A DNA stretch of 64,000 nucleotides, from the NCBI GenBank assembly GCA_035432905.1, contig DAORTY010000001.1, positions 20,235 to 84,234 on the forward strand, in the 5' to 3' direction. The notes under the pieces were generated by a model. That model saw only the letters and a list, made by a program, of their open reading frames with translations. It searched no databases and was not told the origin of the DNA. Numbering within the stretch: position 1 is the stretch's first letter; every line of letters starts with the position of its first letter. Origin of the DNA: Ilumatobacteraceae bacterium. Its GTDB lineage: Bacteria > Actinomycetota > Acidimicrobiia > Acidimicrobiales > Ilumatobacteraceae. Below are positions 28,191 through 36,577 of the stretch, piece by piece. Both the position numbers and the translations under genes were made by a program.

Positions 28191-28271
28191 GCCGCGACAG
28201 TTGAGGAGTTCGAGGTCCTGCTCTCCGGCCGAGTCCCGACCGCAGGCGACGTCGGACAACGGCTGGTCGGG

Positions 28272-29084
28272 TCACCACAAGGCGAGCACGGAACGGACGG
28301 CGGTGTAGACCGCGACTGCCACGAGGAGCCAGACGAACCAGCGCTGCAGTGAACTGGAGTCGCGTGTGCTGGCCAGGCGGCTGCCGACGAGCACGCCGAT
28401 CATGCTGGCGATCGTGAACGGGAGCACCGTGCCCCACTCGATCGCACCACTCTGCAGCCGGGTGGTCAGCGCCACCATCGCGTTGATCGCGATCACGAGC
28501 AGGGAGGTACCGATGGCCTCCGGCATCGTGAAGCCGAGTGCGAGCACCAATGCCGGGACGATCACGAACCCCCCGCCGACACCGAAGAAGCCGGTGAGCA
28601 GCCCGACGATGGTGCCTGCCCCGACCACCTTCGTGATCGTCATCGGATCGAACCCGACGGGCGGGGGAGCGACCGGTGCTGCCGCCGCTCCGACGGACTT
28701 CGGCACGGACGCCACCGGCGCCGCGGTGCGCACGCGACGCCACATCCCGTATGCCGCGACGAGCATCAGGCCCGAGAACAGGATCAGCAGCACGTCGGGG
28801 TCGGCGGCCTTGTTCCAACGTGAGCCCAGCAGAGATCCGCCGATGCCGGCGAGGCCGAAGATGAAACCCGGAGCGACGCGGACCCGGCCGCCGCGCCAGT
28901 GGGGGATCATTCCGATCAGTGCCGTCACCGCGACCAGGACGAGCGAGGTGGTGGTGGCGTCCTTGGGTGACTGCCCGGCCGCGTAGACGAGCGCCGGGAC
29001 GGCCAGGATGGAGCCACCTCCGCCGAGGGCGCCCAGCGACAGGCCGATCAGAAACCCGAGCGGGGAGGCAAGCAGCCCGCGCAT
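28272..29084 (-). CDS. TauE/SafE-family sulfite (anion) exporter
   Basis: 270 aa with about 8 TM. It has the Gly-rich repeats GGGGSILAVPAL and GVGGGFVIVPAL. It begins 3 nt after the stop of the upstream MBL-rhodanese gene. Confidence 0.75.
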   Translation of the reverse strand: MRGLLASPLGFLIGLSLGALGGGGSILAVPALVYAAGQSPKDATTTSLVLVAVTALIGMIPHWRGGRVRVAPGFIFGLAGIGGSLLGSRWNKAADPDVLLILFSGLMLVAAYGMWRRVRTAAPVASVPKSVGAAAAPVAPPPVGFDPMTITKVVGAGTIVGLLTGFFGVGGGFVIVPALVLALGFTMPEAIGTSLLVIAINAMVALTTRLQSGAIEWGTVLPFTIASMIGVLVGSRLASTRDSSSLQRWFVWLLVAVAVYTAVRSVLALW

Positions 29085-29087
29085 GGT

Positions 29088-30488
29088 TCAGATCACCAGG
29101 CCAGGGTCGCCGCTGAGGGTGGTCTGCCAGGCGGTGTAGCCACCAACGAGGTCCGAGACGTCGTCGAAGCCATGAGCACGCAAGAGGCTGGAGGCGATGG
29201 CCGACCGGTAGCCACCCGCGCAGAAGACGACGGTGGGGGCGTGCGGGTCGAGCGCGTCGAGGCTGATCAGGAGTGCGGGTAGAGGGATGTGACGTGCCCC
29301 GGGGATGCTCCCGAGGGCGACCTCTCCGGGGTTACGGACGTCGACGAGCACGAGGTCGGCGACGCTGTGGATCCGCTCCGCGAGTGCCGCAGCGGAGAGG
29401 CGCGACAGCGGCTCGATCAGGTGGGGGTAGTCGAGAAAGCTGTCGACGGGGTGCTCGAGCGCCCCCAGGACGTTGTCGAACCCGATGCGGGCGAGGCGCA
29501 CCCTTGCCTCAGACTCATGCCCGGGAGGGGTCACCAGGACGATCGGCGTCTCAGGGGTCATCACCTCACCGGCGTATTCGGCGAAGCGGCCGCCGAGGCC
29601 CACATTGATCGACCCGCGCAGGTGCCCGGCGGCGAACGCCATGTCCTCGCGAGCGTCGATCACCACTGCCCCGTCGAGTTGGTGGGCGAGGACCTTGCTG
29701 AGCGTGAGCGCCGGCACGGAGATGTCGTCGGACAACAGTTCGCGCTGCTCACGATTGCGATTGGCTGCGAACGAGAAGTACAGCGGCGCCACCGACTGGC
29801 CCTGGGTGACGGCCTCGACGAACTCGTCTTCGCTCATCGGCGCGAGTGCGTAGTTCATTCGGCGCTGCTCGCCGATGGTCGACACGGTCTCGGTCGAAAG
29901 GTTCTTGCCGCACGCCGAGCCGGCACCGTGCGCTGGATACACCTTGGTGTCGTCGGGCAGGGTGAGCAATTGTTCGTGGAGCGAGTGGAACAGCTGGCGG
30001 GCAAGTTCGTCGGCAGTGACACCGACGGATGCGAGCAGGTCAGGTCGGCCGACATCGCCGATGAACATCGTGTCGCCGGTGAGCACCCCGTACGGTGCAG
30101 CACTCGACCCGTGCGGATGCACGACGATGCTGATCGATTCCGGCGTGTGTCCCGGCGTCTCGAGGATCTTCAACTCGACCTCACCCAACGCGATCACCTG
30201 GCCGTTGGCGTACGTCTCGATCGGGAACTCCGCACGACCTTCGGCGGCGTGTCCGTACCCGATCGTCGCGCCGGTGCGCTCGGCCAGTTCGAGGTGCCCG
30301 GACAGGAAGTCGGCGTGGAAGTGGGTCTCCAGCACCTTCTCGATCCGCAGGCCGTGGAGCTCCGCATCGGCGACGTACTCGGCGATGTCTCGTTGCGGAT
30401 CGACCACCACGGCCCGACCGGTGGTGGTATCGCCGATGAGGTAGCTGGCGTGGGAGAGGCACTCGAGGTAGTACTGGCGGAAAAACAT
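29088..30488 (-). CDS. MBL-fold persulfide dioxygenase fused to two rhodanese domains (CstB-like)
   Basis: ORF 29088..30524(-) taken from ATG 30488 (AAGGAG upstream): MFFRQYYLECLSHASYLIGD. It has the metal motif THFHADFLSGH and a C-terminal rhodanese active-site loop VVFCAGGYRSAIAS. Confidence 0.8.
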   Translation of the reverse strand: MFFRQYYLECLSHASYLIGDTTTGRAVVVDPQRDIAEYVADAELHGLRIEKVLETHFHADFLSGHLELAERTGATIGYGHAAEGRAEFPIETYANGQVIALGEVELKILETPGHTPESISIVVHPHGSSAAPYGVLTGDTMFIGDVGRPDLLASVGVTADELARQLFHSLHEQLLTLPDDTKVYPAHGAGSACGKNLSTETVSTIGEQRRMNYALAPMSEDEFVEAVTQGQSVAPLYFSFAANRNREQRELLSDDISVPALTLSKVLAHQLDGAVVIDAREDMAFAAGHLRGSINVGLGGRFAEYAGEVMTPETPIVLVTPPGHESEARVRLARIGFDNVLGALEHPVDSFLDYPHLIEPLSRLSAAALAERIHSVADLVLVDVRNPGEVALGSIPGARHIPLPALLISLDALDPHAPTVVFCAGGYRSAIASSLLRAHGFDDVSDLVGGYTAWQTTLSGDPGLVI

Positions 30489-30526
30489 GCGACTCAGGCT
30501 CCTTGTGTGGCGTGTCATGATCAACT

Positions 30527-30542
30527 ATACCCCCTGGGGTAT
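30527..30542. promoter_or_regulatory. CsoR/CstR-type operator upstream of the cstB-like/tauE operon
   Basis: ATACCCCCTGGGGTAT is a 7+2+7 palindrome followed by TATTC. It lies 39 nt upstream of ATG 30488 (minus strand), in the divergent region shared with the response regulator gene. Confidence 0.65.
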
Positions 30543-30632
30543 TATTCCCATTGCCCGGGACACGCCTGTCGCTGCCCCGTCGGACACGGGTCTGCCAATG
30601 GGGGACCGTCAAGGTTCGTAGACTGCCTGAGC

Positions 30633-31310
30633 ATGAGCGCCACCATCTTGCTGGTCGAGGACGATCAGACCATTCGAACCCTGTTGCGCCTGCTGATGGA
30701 GGACAACGGTTACCGAGTCGTCGAGGCGTCCGATGGGGGCCAGGCTCTCGACCGTTTCGCGGAGGCGAGCATCGATCTCGTGTTGCTCGACGTTCGTCTG
30801 GCGGGTGGGATGAGTGGGTTCGATGTGTGTCGCGAGATCCGGCGGACCAGCCAGGTCCCAGTGATCATCGTGTCGGCGCAGCAGGACAGCCATGATGTGG
30901 TCGCCGGGCTGGAAGTTGGTGCTGATGACTACGTCACGAAGCCGTTCAACGAGCACGAACTGCTGGCCCGCATACGGGTGCAGCTGCGCTCGCGCCACCG
31001 CGACAGCGCCGCCAACTCGGTGTTCGGCGACATCGAGGTCAGGGTGTCGGAAGGCGTCGTGTTGAAGGCGGGCGAACCGGTGCAGTTGACCAAAACCGAG
31101 TTCCATCTGCTGTGTCGGCTGGCAGAGGGTGACGGCAAAGTCTTCTCACGGCAGCAGTTGTTGGAGGATGTGTGGGACTATCCCGGCGGCGGCGATGGCC
31201 GGCTGGTGGACACCCACATCGCCCGGCTGCGATCGAAGATCGAAACGATCCCCGGAAATCCGCAATACCTGGTCACCGCTCGTGGCCTCGGCTACAAGAT
31301 GGTGCGGTGA
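30633..31310 (+). CDS. OmpR/PhoB-family response regulator (MtrA-like position)
   Basis: C-terminal 225 aa of ORF 29289..31310, starting at ATG 30633. It has ILLVEDD, LVLLDVRLAG (phospho-Asp), DDYVTKPF, and the winged-helix block LVTARGLGYKM. Confidence 0.9.
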   Translation: MSATILLVEDDQTIRTLLRLLMEDNGYRVVEASDGGQALDRFAEASIDLVLLDVRLAGGMSGFDVCREIRRTSQVPVIIVSAQQDSHDVVAGLEVGADDYVTKPFNEHELLARIRVQLRSRHRDSAANSVFGDIEVRVSEGVVLKAGEPVQLTKTEFHLLCRLAEGDGKVFSRQQLLEDVWDYPGGGDGRLVDTHIARLRSKIETIPGNPQYLVTARGLGYKMVR

Positions 31311-31313
31311 CGG

Positions 31314-32678
31314 TTGCGTCCCGTACGTCGGCGAGGGCTGCGCGCGCGAACGACCATCGCGTTTGCCGCGCTCGCGTTGCTGGTATCGGTGTTGATGAGC
31401 ACCGCGACCTATCAGCTGACCCGGTGGTACCTGCTGGACAAGCGAGAAGCGCTCGCTGATCGCCAGGTGATGCTGAACGCGTTGGTCGTCAAGGGCCAGT
31501 TGGGAACGGCCACGCTGCAACCTGCCGACATCTTGGAAACACTGCAGTCCAACACTCAGGCGCGAGCGGTCATGAGGGTCCAGGACCAGTGGTATTCGGT
31601 GGTCGTCGAGCTCGGTGAGTCGGCAGTACCGCAAGAACTGGTCACCCTGGTCGATACCAAGGGGGCCGCCCGCCAGCGAGTCCGAGTCAACGGTGAGCCG
31701 TACTTCGTGTTCGGGATAGCGCTTCCCGGCCGCGATGCGGTCTACTTCGAGTTCATCTCCGCGTTGGAGTACGAGCGAACGCTGGACGTGTTGTCCACGG
31801 TGCTGTTCGCTGCCGCGTCCATCACCACCATCGGCGGTGCCCTTGCCGGTTGGATCGTTTCTCGGCGAGTGCTACGGCCACTGGTCACCGTGGCAGCATC
31901 CGCACGGGTGATCAGCGATGGCGATCTCTCTCATCGGTTGGATGTCGGCGGCGACCCCGATCTGGCGCCAATGGCCGAAGCATTCAACGAGATGGCAGGC
32001 ACCGTCGAGGCGCGCATCGACCGAGAGCATCGCTTCACCGCCGATGTGAGCCATGAGTTGCGCACGCCGCTGACGGCGATGGGTGCGGCCGTGAACATGG
32101 CGAACCGTAGCGAGCTCACCGAGCGCGGCCAATATGCCATGGACATACTTCGTCAGCAGCTCGATCAATTCACTCGGCTGACACTCGAGCTCCTCGAGAT
32201 CGCTCGCATCGACTCCGGGGTGGCAGTGCTCGACATCAACGACGTCGACGTTGCGAAGGTCATCGAGGGCGTACTCGCGCAGGCATCGGTCGAGCCCTCG
32301 CGGCTGCGGGTCGAGCCGGTACGCCCGTGCATCGTTCGCCTCGATGGCACGCGGTTCGAGCGTGTCATGGCCAATCTCGTCGAGAACGCCGATCGGTACG
32401 CCGGCGGTGTGGTGCAGGTGGCGGTGTCGTTGGACGCGAATGTCCTCACGGTCATGGTCGACGATGAAGGGCCAGGTGTGCCTGAATCCGAACGATTGGC
32501 CATCTTCGGCCGCTTCAATCGCGGCTCGATGGCACAGCCTGAGGACAAACCGAAGGGAACGGGGCTGGGATTGGCCTTGGTCGACGAACACGTCAGGATG
32601 CACGGCGGTCGGATAGAGGTCGTCGATGCGCCCTCGGGTGGCGCCAGGTTCATCGTCACGATTCCGGGTGCACCATGA
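31314..32678 (+). CDS. Sensor histidine kinase (2 TM, HAMP, HisKA, HATPase_c; MtrB-like position)
   Basis: 454 aa with a TTG start. H-box FTADVSHELRTPLTAM, N-box LVENADRYA, G-boxes DDEGPGV and GTGLGLALV. Confidence 0.9.
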   Translation: MRPVRRRGLRARTTIAFAALALLVSVLMSTATYQLTRWYLLDKREALADRQVMLNALVVKGQLGTATLQPADILETLQSNTQARAVMRVQDQWYSVVVELGESAVPQELVTLVDTKGAARQRVRVNGEPYFVFGIALPGRDAVYFEFISALEYERTLDVLSTVLFAAASITTIGGALAGWIVSRRVLRPLVTVAASARVISDGDLSHRLDVGGDPDLAPMAEAFNEMAGTVEARIDREHRFTADVSHELRTPLTAMGAAVNMANRSELTERGQYAMDILRQQLDQFTRLTLELLEIARIDSGVAVLDINDVDVAKVIEGVLAQASVEPSRLRVEPVRPCIVRLDGTRFERVMANLVENADRYAGGVVQVAVSLDANVLTVMVDDEGPGVPESERLAIFGRFNRGSMAQPEDKPKGTGLGLALVDEHVRMHGGRIEVVDAPSGGARFIVTIPGAP

Positions 32679-33250
32679 ATCGAGCCGTTGGTGCGGTCGT
32701 CCGTCTCTCGTTGGTCTCCCTTCTCGCGTTGGCGAGCTGCGGGTTTCCTGCGCAGGGCGAACCTCAACAGTTGGGTGACAGCGAGCTGCCCAACGGACTT
32801 CGTCCGTCGGACACGGCGGTCCCGACCACCGTCGTTGATACCGAGGCGGCCACGCTGTGGTTCGTCTCGGACAACCGGTTGGTGGCAGTGCGACATCGTC
32901 TCGCCATCCCAGTGACGATCGAGATGATTGCGCTCGATCTGTTGGCGGGTCCGAATCCGGCAGAGGAGAGTCGGGGGCTGCGTACAGCGACCCCGGATAC
33001 GGCGGCGGTGCTGGAGGTCACCCTCAACAGGGGAAGCGCCGTGGTCCAGCTGTCCGATGCCTTTGCTGACATCCCGGCCAGCGACCAGGTGCTGTCGATC
33101 GGCCAGCTGGTCTTGACGCTCACCGATTTCCGCGGCGTCGGAAGCGTGCAGTTCGTGCGCAACGACGAGCCGATCGCCGTACCGCTGCCCACGGGCGACA
33201 CCACGAACAACGCAGTGTTCCGCGACGACTACATATCATTGGTCTCATGA
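32675..33250 (+). CDS. GerMN-domain lipoprotein (short LpqB-like third gene)
   Basis: 191 aa. There is an ATGA overlap with the kinase gene. It has signal peptide and lipobox LLALASCG, plus LDLLAGPNPAEESRGLRTA typical of GerMN domains. Confidence 0.65.
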   Translation: MNRAVGAVVRLSLVSLLALASCGFPAQGEPQQLGDSELPNGLRPSDTAVPTTVVDTEAATLWFVSDNRLVAVRHRLAIPVTIEMIALDLLAGPNPAEESRGLRTATPDTAAVLEVTLNRGSAVVQLSDAFADIPASDQVLSIGQLVLTLTDFRGVGSVQFVRNDEPIAVPLPTGDTTNNAVFRDDYISLVS

Positions 33251-33269
33251 CCATCATCTCGTCCACCAG

Positions 33270-34013
33270 ATGACCCTTGTCTGGGCCGCCTGTATCGGCG
33301 TTGGCATTGGTTTCCTGGGTGGGCTACTCGGCAAGGGCGGTTCGGCAATCGCGACACCGCTGCTGGCCGCGATCGGCGTGCCCCCGATCATTGCTGTTGC
33401 CTCGCCGCTGCCGGCGACCATTCCCTCGACGATGATCGCCAGCTATGCCTATGCGCGAGAACGTCTGGTCGATTGGCGAGTCGTGCGCTGGAGCGTCGGA
33501 TTCGGTATCCCGGCCACCGCCATCGGCGCTCTCCTGACGCGCTGGATCGACGGAGGAGTGCTGGTCCGTGTCACCGACGTCATCCTCATCGGGCTCGGCT
33601 TGCGGCTGCTGCTGACGTCAGCGAAACGGCCATCGCCGGGCGACGAACCGCACGTCGTCACGGCGTGGCAGCTCATGGCCGTCGCCACCACCGTCGGGTT
33701 CATCTCCGGGTTGCTCGCCAACAGTGGCGGCTTCCTGCTCGCTCCGCTGTTCATCACGGTGCTCAAGCTCCCGATCAAATCTGCTCTTGCCTGTTCGCTC
33801 GCGGTTGCGTCGGTGCTCGCCGTGCCGGGCACCATCGTGCATGCCTCGCTGGGGCACATCGATTGGACGTTGGTCGCAGTGTTTGCCGCGACGTCGGTAC
33901 CGCTGTCGTTCCTCGGCGCCCGAGTTGCCATGCGCACCGATGCTCACCGCCTCGAGCGGCTCTATGGTGCAGCGCTGATCGTGCTCGGCACCGTCTTCCT
34001 CATCATCTCCTGA
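33270..34013 (+). CDS. TauE/SafE-family anion exporter (second copy)
   Basis: 247 aa with about 8 TM. It has GLLGKGGSAIATPLL and LANSGGFLLAPLF. Confidence 0.7.
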   Translation: MTLVWAACIGVGIGFLGGLLGKGGSAIATPLLAAIGVPPIIAVASPLPATIPSTMIASYAYARERLVDWRVVRWSVGFGIPATAIGALLTRWIDGGVLVRVTDVILIGLGLRLLLTSAKRPSPGDEPHVVTAWQLMAVATTVGFISGLLANSGGFLLAPLFITVLKLPIKSALACSLAVASVLAVPGTIVHASLGHIDWTLVAVFAATSVPLSFLGARVAMRTDAHRLERLYGAALIVLGTVFLIIS

Positions 34014-34024
34014 CCTCCAGCGCC

Positions 34025-34083
34025 GTTCACGATTGCACGTGTCGCGGCCCTACCTCGGTGTGACTCGGCCAGGTGGTGACAAG
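34025..34083 (+). repeat. Conserved hairpin repeat, copy 4 (degenerate 3' arm)
   Basis: GTTCACGATTGCACGTGTCGCGGCCCTACCTCGGTGTGACTCGGCCAGGTGGTGACAAG. The 5' half and the loop are conserved. The 3' arm pairs as TGTCGC/GTGACA (one G-T pair) plus GGCC/GGCC. Confidence 0.7.
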
Positions 34084-34140
34084 AGCGCCCGAGCCGGGGG
34101 CGACGGTGGGTTCGCTGGCCGGCAGTTTCGTTCGCGTGGC

Positions 34141-35118
34141 ATGATCGTTGCCATGGCATCTTCCGCGACCCTCACGATTCCCACGGTCGACCTTGGCGCT
34201 GCCGATGCGGCGCAGCAGATCAGTGCGGCGTACTCCACGTACGGGTTTGCATACGTGATCAACCATGGCGTCCCTGCGGCCCAACTCGCCGCAGTCTTCG
34301 AGGCATCACGCCAGTTCCACGCAGCGGACCAGGCGACGAAACTGACGATCGAGCTGAACAGTTCGCATCGTGGCTTCATCCCGATCAACACGTCCACCTC
34401 GCGTCACTCGACGTTGGCGAAGGTGACGAAGCCCAATCAGAGCCAGTCGTTCATGATGATGCGCGAGGATGCGCCCGACTCCGAGGATGTGGTGGCGGGG
34501 AACTACCTCGCCGGTGCGAACCAGTGGCCGGCGTGGTTACCCGAGTTCCGCCCTGTGGTCGAGGCGTACAACGACTCGATGGTCGGTCTCGGCATGCACC
34601 TGGTTGCCCTCATCGAGGAGGGTCTCGGCTGCGCTGCCGGCGATCTGTCGGCGCATTTCCAGCCGCCGACGACGTGGCTGCGGTTGCTGCACTACCCCGT
34701 CCGCCCCGCCGACGCCGCCGACGATCTGTACGGCTCTGCGCCGCACAGCGACTTCGGATTCCTCACGCTGCTGGCGCAGGACGACGTGGGTGGCCTGCAG
34801 GTGATGAGCCCCGATGGTGACTGGCTGGATGTTCCGCCGGTGGCGGGCGCGTTCGTGATGAACGTGGGCGACATGCTGCACCAGTGGAGCAACGGTGTGT
34901 TGCGGTCCACACCACACCGCGTGATCAACGTGTCAGGGCGCGAGCGCTACTCGTGTCCGTTCTTCTTCGACCCGCACGTGTCGACGGTGATCGCACCGCT
35001 GGCCTCATGCCTCGACGGTGAGGCCCACTTCGAGCCGGTTCACTTCGGTGAGTTCCTGCGTGGTCGGCTGGAAGGCTCGTACCTGCAACACGAGAAGTCA
35101 GGTGAGCGGCGTGAGTGA
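34141..35118 (+). CDS. 2OG-Fe(II) oxygenase (isopenicillin N synthase-like family)
   Basis: ORF 34033..35118 taken from ATG 34141. It has IPTVDLG, GFAYVINHGV, HSDFGFLTLL (HxD) and SNGVLRSTPHRV. The upstream part of the ORF only reads through repeat copy 4. Confidence 0.8.
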   Translation: MIVAMASSATLTIPTVDLGAADAAQQISAAYSTYGFAYVINHGVPAAQLAAVFEASRQFHAADQATKLTIELNSSHRGFIPINTSTSRHSTLAKVTKPNQSQSFMMMREDAPDSEDVVAGNYLAGANQWPAWLPEFRPVVEAYNDSMVGLGMHLVALIEEGLGCAAGDLSAHFQPPTTWLRLLHYPVRPADAADDLYGSAPHSDFGFLTLLAQDDVGGLQVMSPDGDWLDVPPVAGAFVMNVGDMLHQWSNGVLRSTPHRVINVSGRERYSCPFFFDPHVSTVIAPLASCLDGEAHFEPVHFGEFLRGRLEGSYLQHEKSGERRE

Positions 35119-35919
35119 CGTGAGGTGGATCTCGTACGTCTCTGCATAGTGGACGGTGCCGATCTGCGTGTCGTTGCTGGTTGCGGCCGTCGACGTCTGC
35201 GCGACGACTAGGTCGGAGCCGGTGAAGTACCAGGTGTCGATGACCTGGTTGTCCGCGGGGTTGTCGTTGGTGATGGTGACTCGGACGTGCGTGGTAGGGA
35301 CGGCCGACGATCCGACCTGCTGTGATTCAGAGGCGACGACCACACCGTGGAAGGTGTCGGTCGACGTGGCGCCGGTGCATGTCGCGGTCCACGTCGTTCC
35401 TGCGGTGGCGGTCAGCGGGCGTGCGTCACCGCTGCACACCCACGTGTCGGTCTGGGACTGGCCGAAGAACTCGTCGTAGTTGGTGCGACCCGACTCGCTG
35501 ATCCCTTCGCCGTCTGCACAGCGTTGCCACTGCTCCCAGCGCTGCTCGAGGATGTCCCATCGCTGCTGTACGCCGCAGGTGGTCGGCGTGACCGTGATGG
35601 TGGTTGTTGCGGGATAGTCGTGATGAGCGCCGGTCAACGCGTCGACGCTGTCTCGGCCCGTCGTCGCGTACACGTACACGCCCGGTGCGGGGAGTTGCGC
35701 GGTGATCGCGGCGGGTTGCGTGGTTTCATCGATTGCGATCGTGATCGCGCTCGACGAGGTGGATGCGTTGTAGCGCTGCTGCGTCCGGTCGAGAGGCACA
35801 GCGGTGGATTTGCTCCCGGCGAACAGATGCATGTGCTGCGCCGCGCCGACTCCGAGACCGATCGCGAGCACTGCACCGGCAGTCCAGCGAAGGCGGTGTG
35901 TATCGGCGGGAACGGGCAT
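35098..35919 (-). CDS. Secreted hypothetical protein
   Basis: 273 aa. The N-terminal signal or anchor is RLRWTAGAVLAIGLGVGAA. It is Thr/Ser-rich and contains several Cys. No family recognised. It overlaps the convergent 2OG oxygenase by 21 nt. Confidence 0.5.
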   Translation of the reverse strand: MPVPADTHRLRWTAGAVLAIGLGVGAAQHMHLFAGSKSTAVPLDRTQQRYNASTSSSAITIAIDETTQPAAITAQLPAPGVYVYATTGRDSVDALTGAHHDYPATTTITVTPTTCGVQQRWDILEQRWEQWQRCADGEGISESGRTNYDEFFGQSQTDTWVCSGDARPLTATAGTTWTATCTGATSTDTFHGVVVASESQQVGSSAVPTTHVRVTITNDNPADNQVIDTWYFTGSDLVVAQTSTAATSNDTQIGTVHYAETYEIHLTSLTPLT

Positions 35920-36181
35920 GATCGTTCAGTCGCCGATGCGGGCTGACGAGACTGAAGGGGCCATCGCTGAACCTCTGGTGGTGTGCATGGTGAATTGCTG
36001 CTACCGGAACCCCGAGCGACGACGCCGGTGGGCCGACAACGAAACCGTACCCCGCGCGGATCTCCGACAGATGCAGGCTTTGTGGTCGTTGGTCCCTATC
36101 AGGTTTCAGCGGGCCGGCCCATCCTGATGTCAGGACATGCCACAGATTGCGGTTCGGCCGCCTCGCTCGAAGGAGTCTTCA

Positions 36182-36577
36182 ATGACACAGGCACATGCCA
36201 TCGTCTGGCTCGATCACGTAGAAGCACGCATCGCGAGCTTCTCGATCGGCAAGGACGAACTGCTCGAGATCCACAGCCAGAGCCCCAACCGGCAGATCCA
36301 CCGCAAGGCCGGGTCGCTCAGCTCTGGGCATGCAGCAGACGACCATCACTTCTTCGATGAGATCGTCGCGGGGCTCCACGGCATACCTGAAGTTCTGATC
36401 GCCGGACCGGGCAACGCCAAGACAGCGTTCGAGACCTACATCAAGAAGCGCCATGTCGAGTTGGCCAATCGTGTCGTCGGTGTCGAGACGCTCGACCACC
36501 CCACTGATGGCGAGTTGCTGGCGCACGCCCGCCGGGCATTCGCCGCCATCGATGCCCTCGGAACCACCGGGCCATGA
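36182..36577 (+). CDS. Small eRF1-like protein (family annotated generically as 'translational machinery protein')
   Basis: ORF 36137..36577 taken from ATG 36182 (GAAGGAG upstream). The pattern WLDH.EA.I..F...IHRKAGS..SGHA.DD..FF..I...L....EVLI.GPGNAK......I...H..LA..VVGVE..DHPTD.EL.A.AR..F matches my recollection of that ~130-aa family. Confidence 0.5.
   Translation: MTQAHAIVWLDHVEARIASFSIGKDELLEIHSQSPNRQIHRKAGSLSSGHAADDHHFFDEIVAGLHGIPEVLIAGPGNAKTAFETYIKKRHVELANRVVGVETLDHPTDGELLAHARRAFAAIDALGTTGP

Noticed and set aside
26037-28259. 740-aa ORF on the minus strand
   Set aside because: It lies entirely antisense to the well-supported MMPL gene. Its composition is dominated by R/G/H/D/E runs with no TM helices or recognisable motifs. 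This is a typical high-GC shadow ORF.
29289-30632. Upstream 448 codons of the 673-aa track ORF 29289..31310
   Set aside because: It is antisense to the cstB-like gene and crosses the intergenic operator region. The response-regulator receiver domain starts cleanly at ATG 30633.
35920-36181. 262-nt untranslated region upstream of the nine-gene Mo-enzyme operon, examined for a riboswitch (for example Moco) or small RNA
   Set aside because: I could not recognise any riboswitch consensus or a convincing conserved stem-loop by eye. Only a covariance-model scan (Rfam cmscan) could decide, so no feature is claimed.
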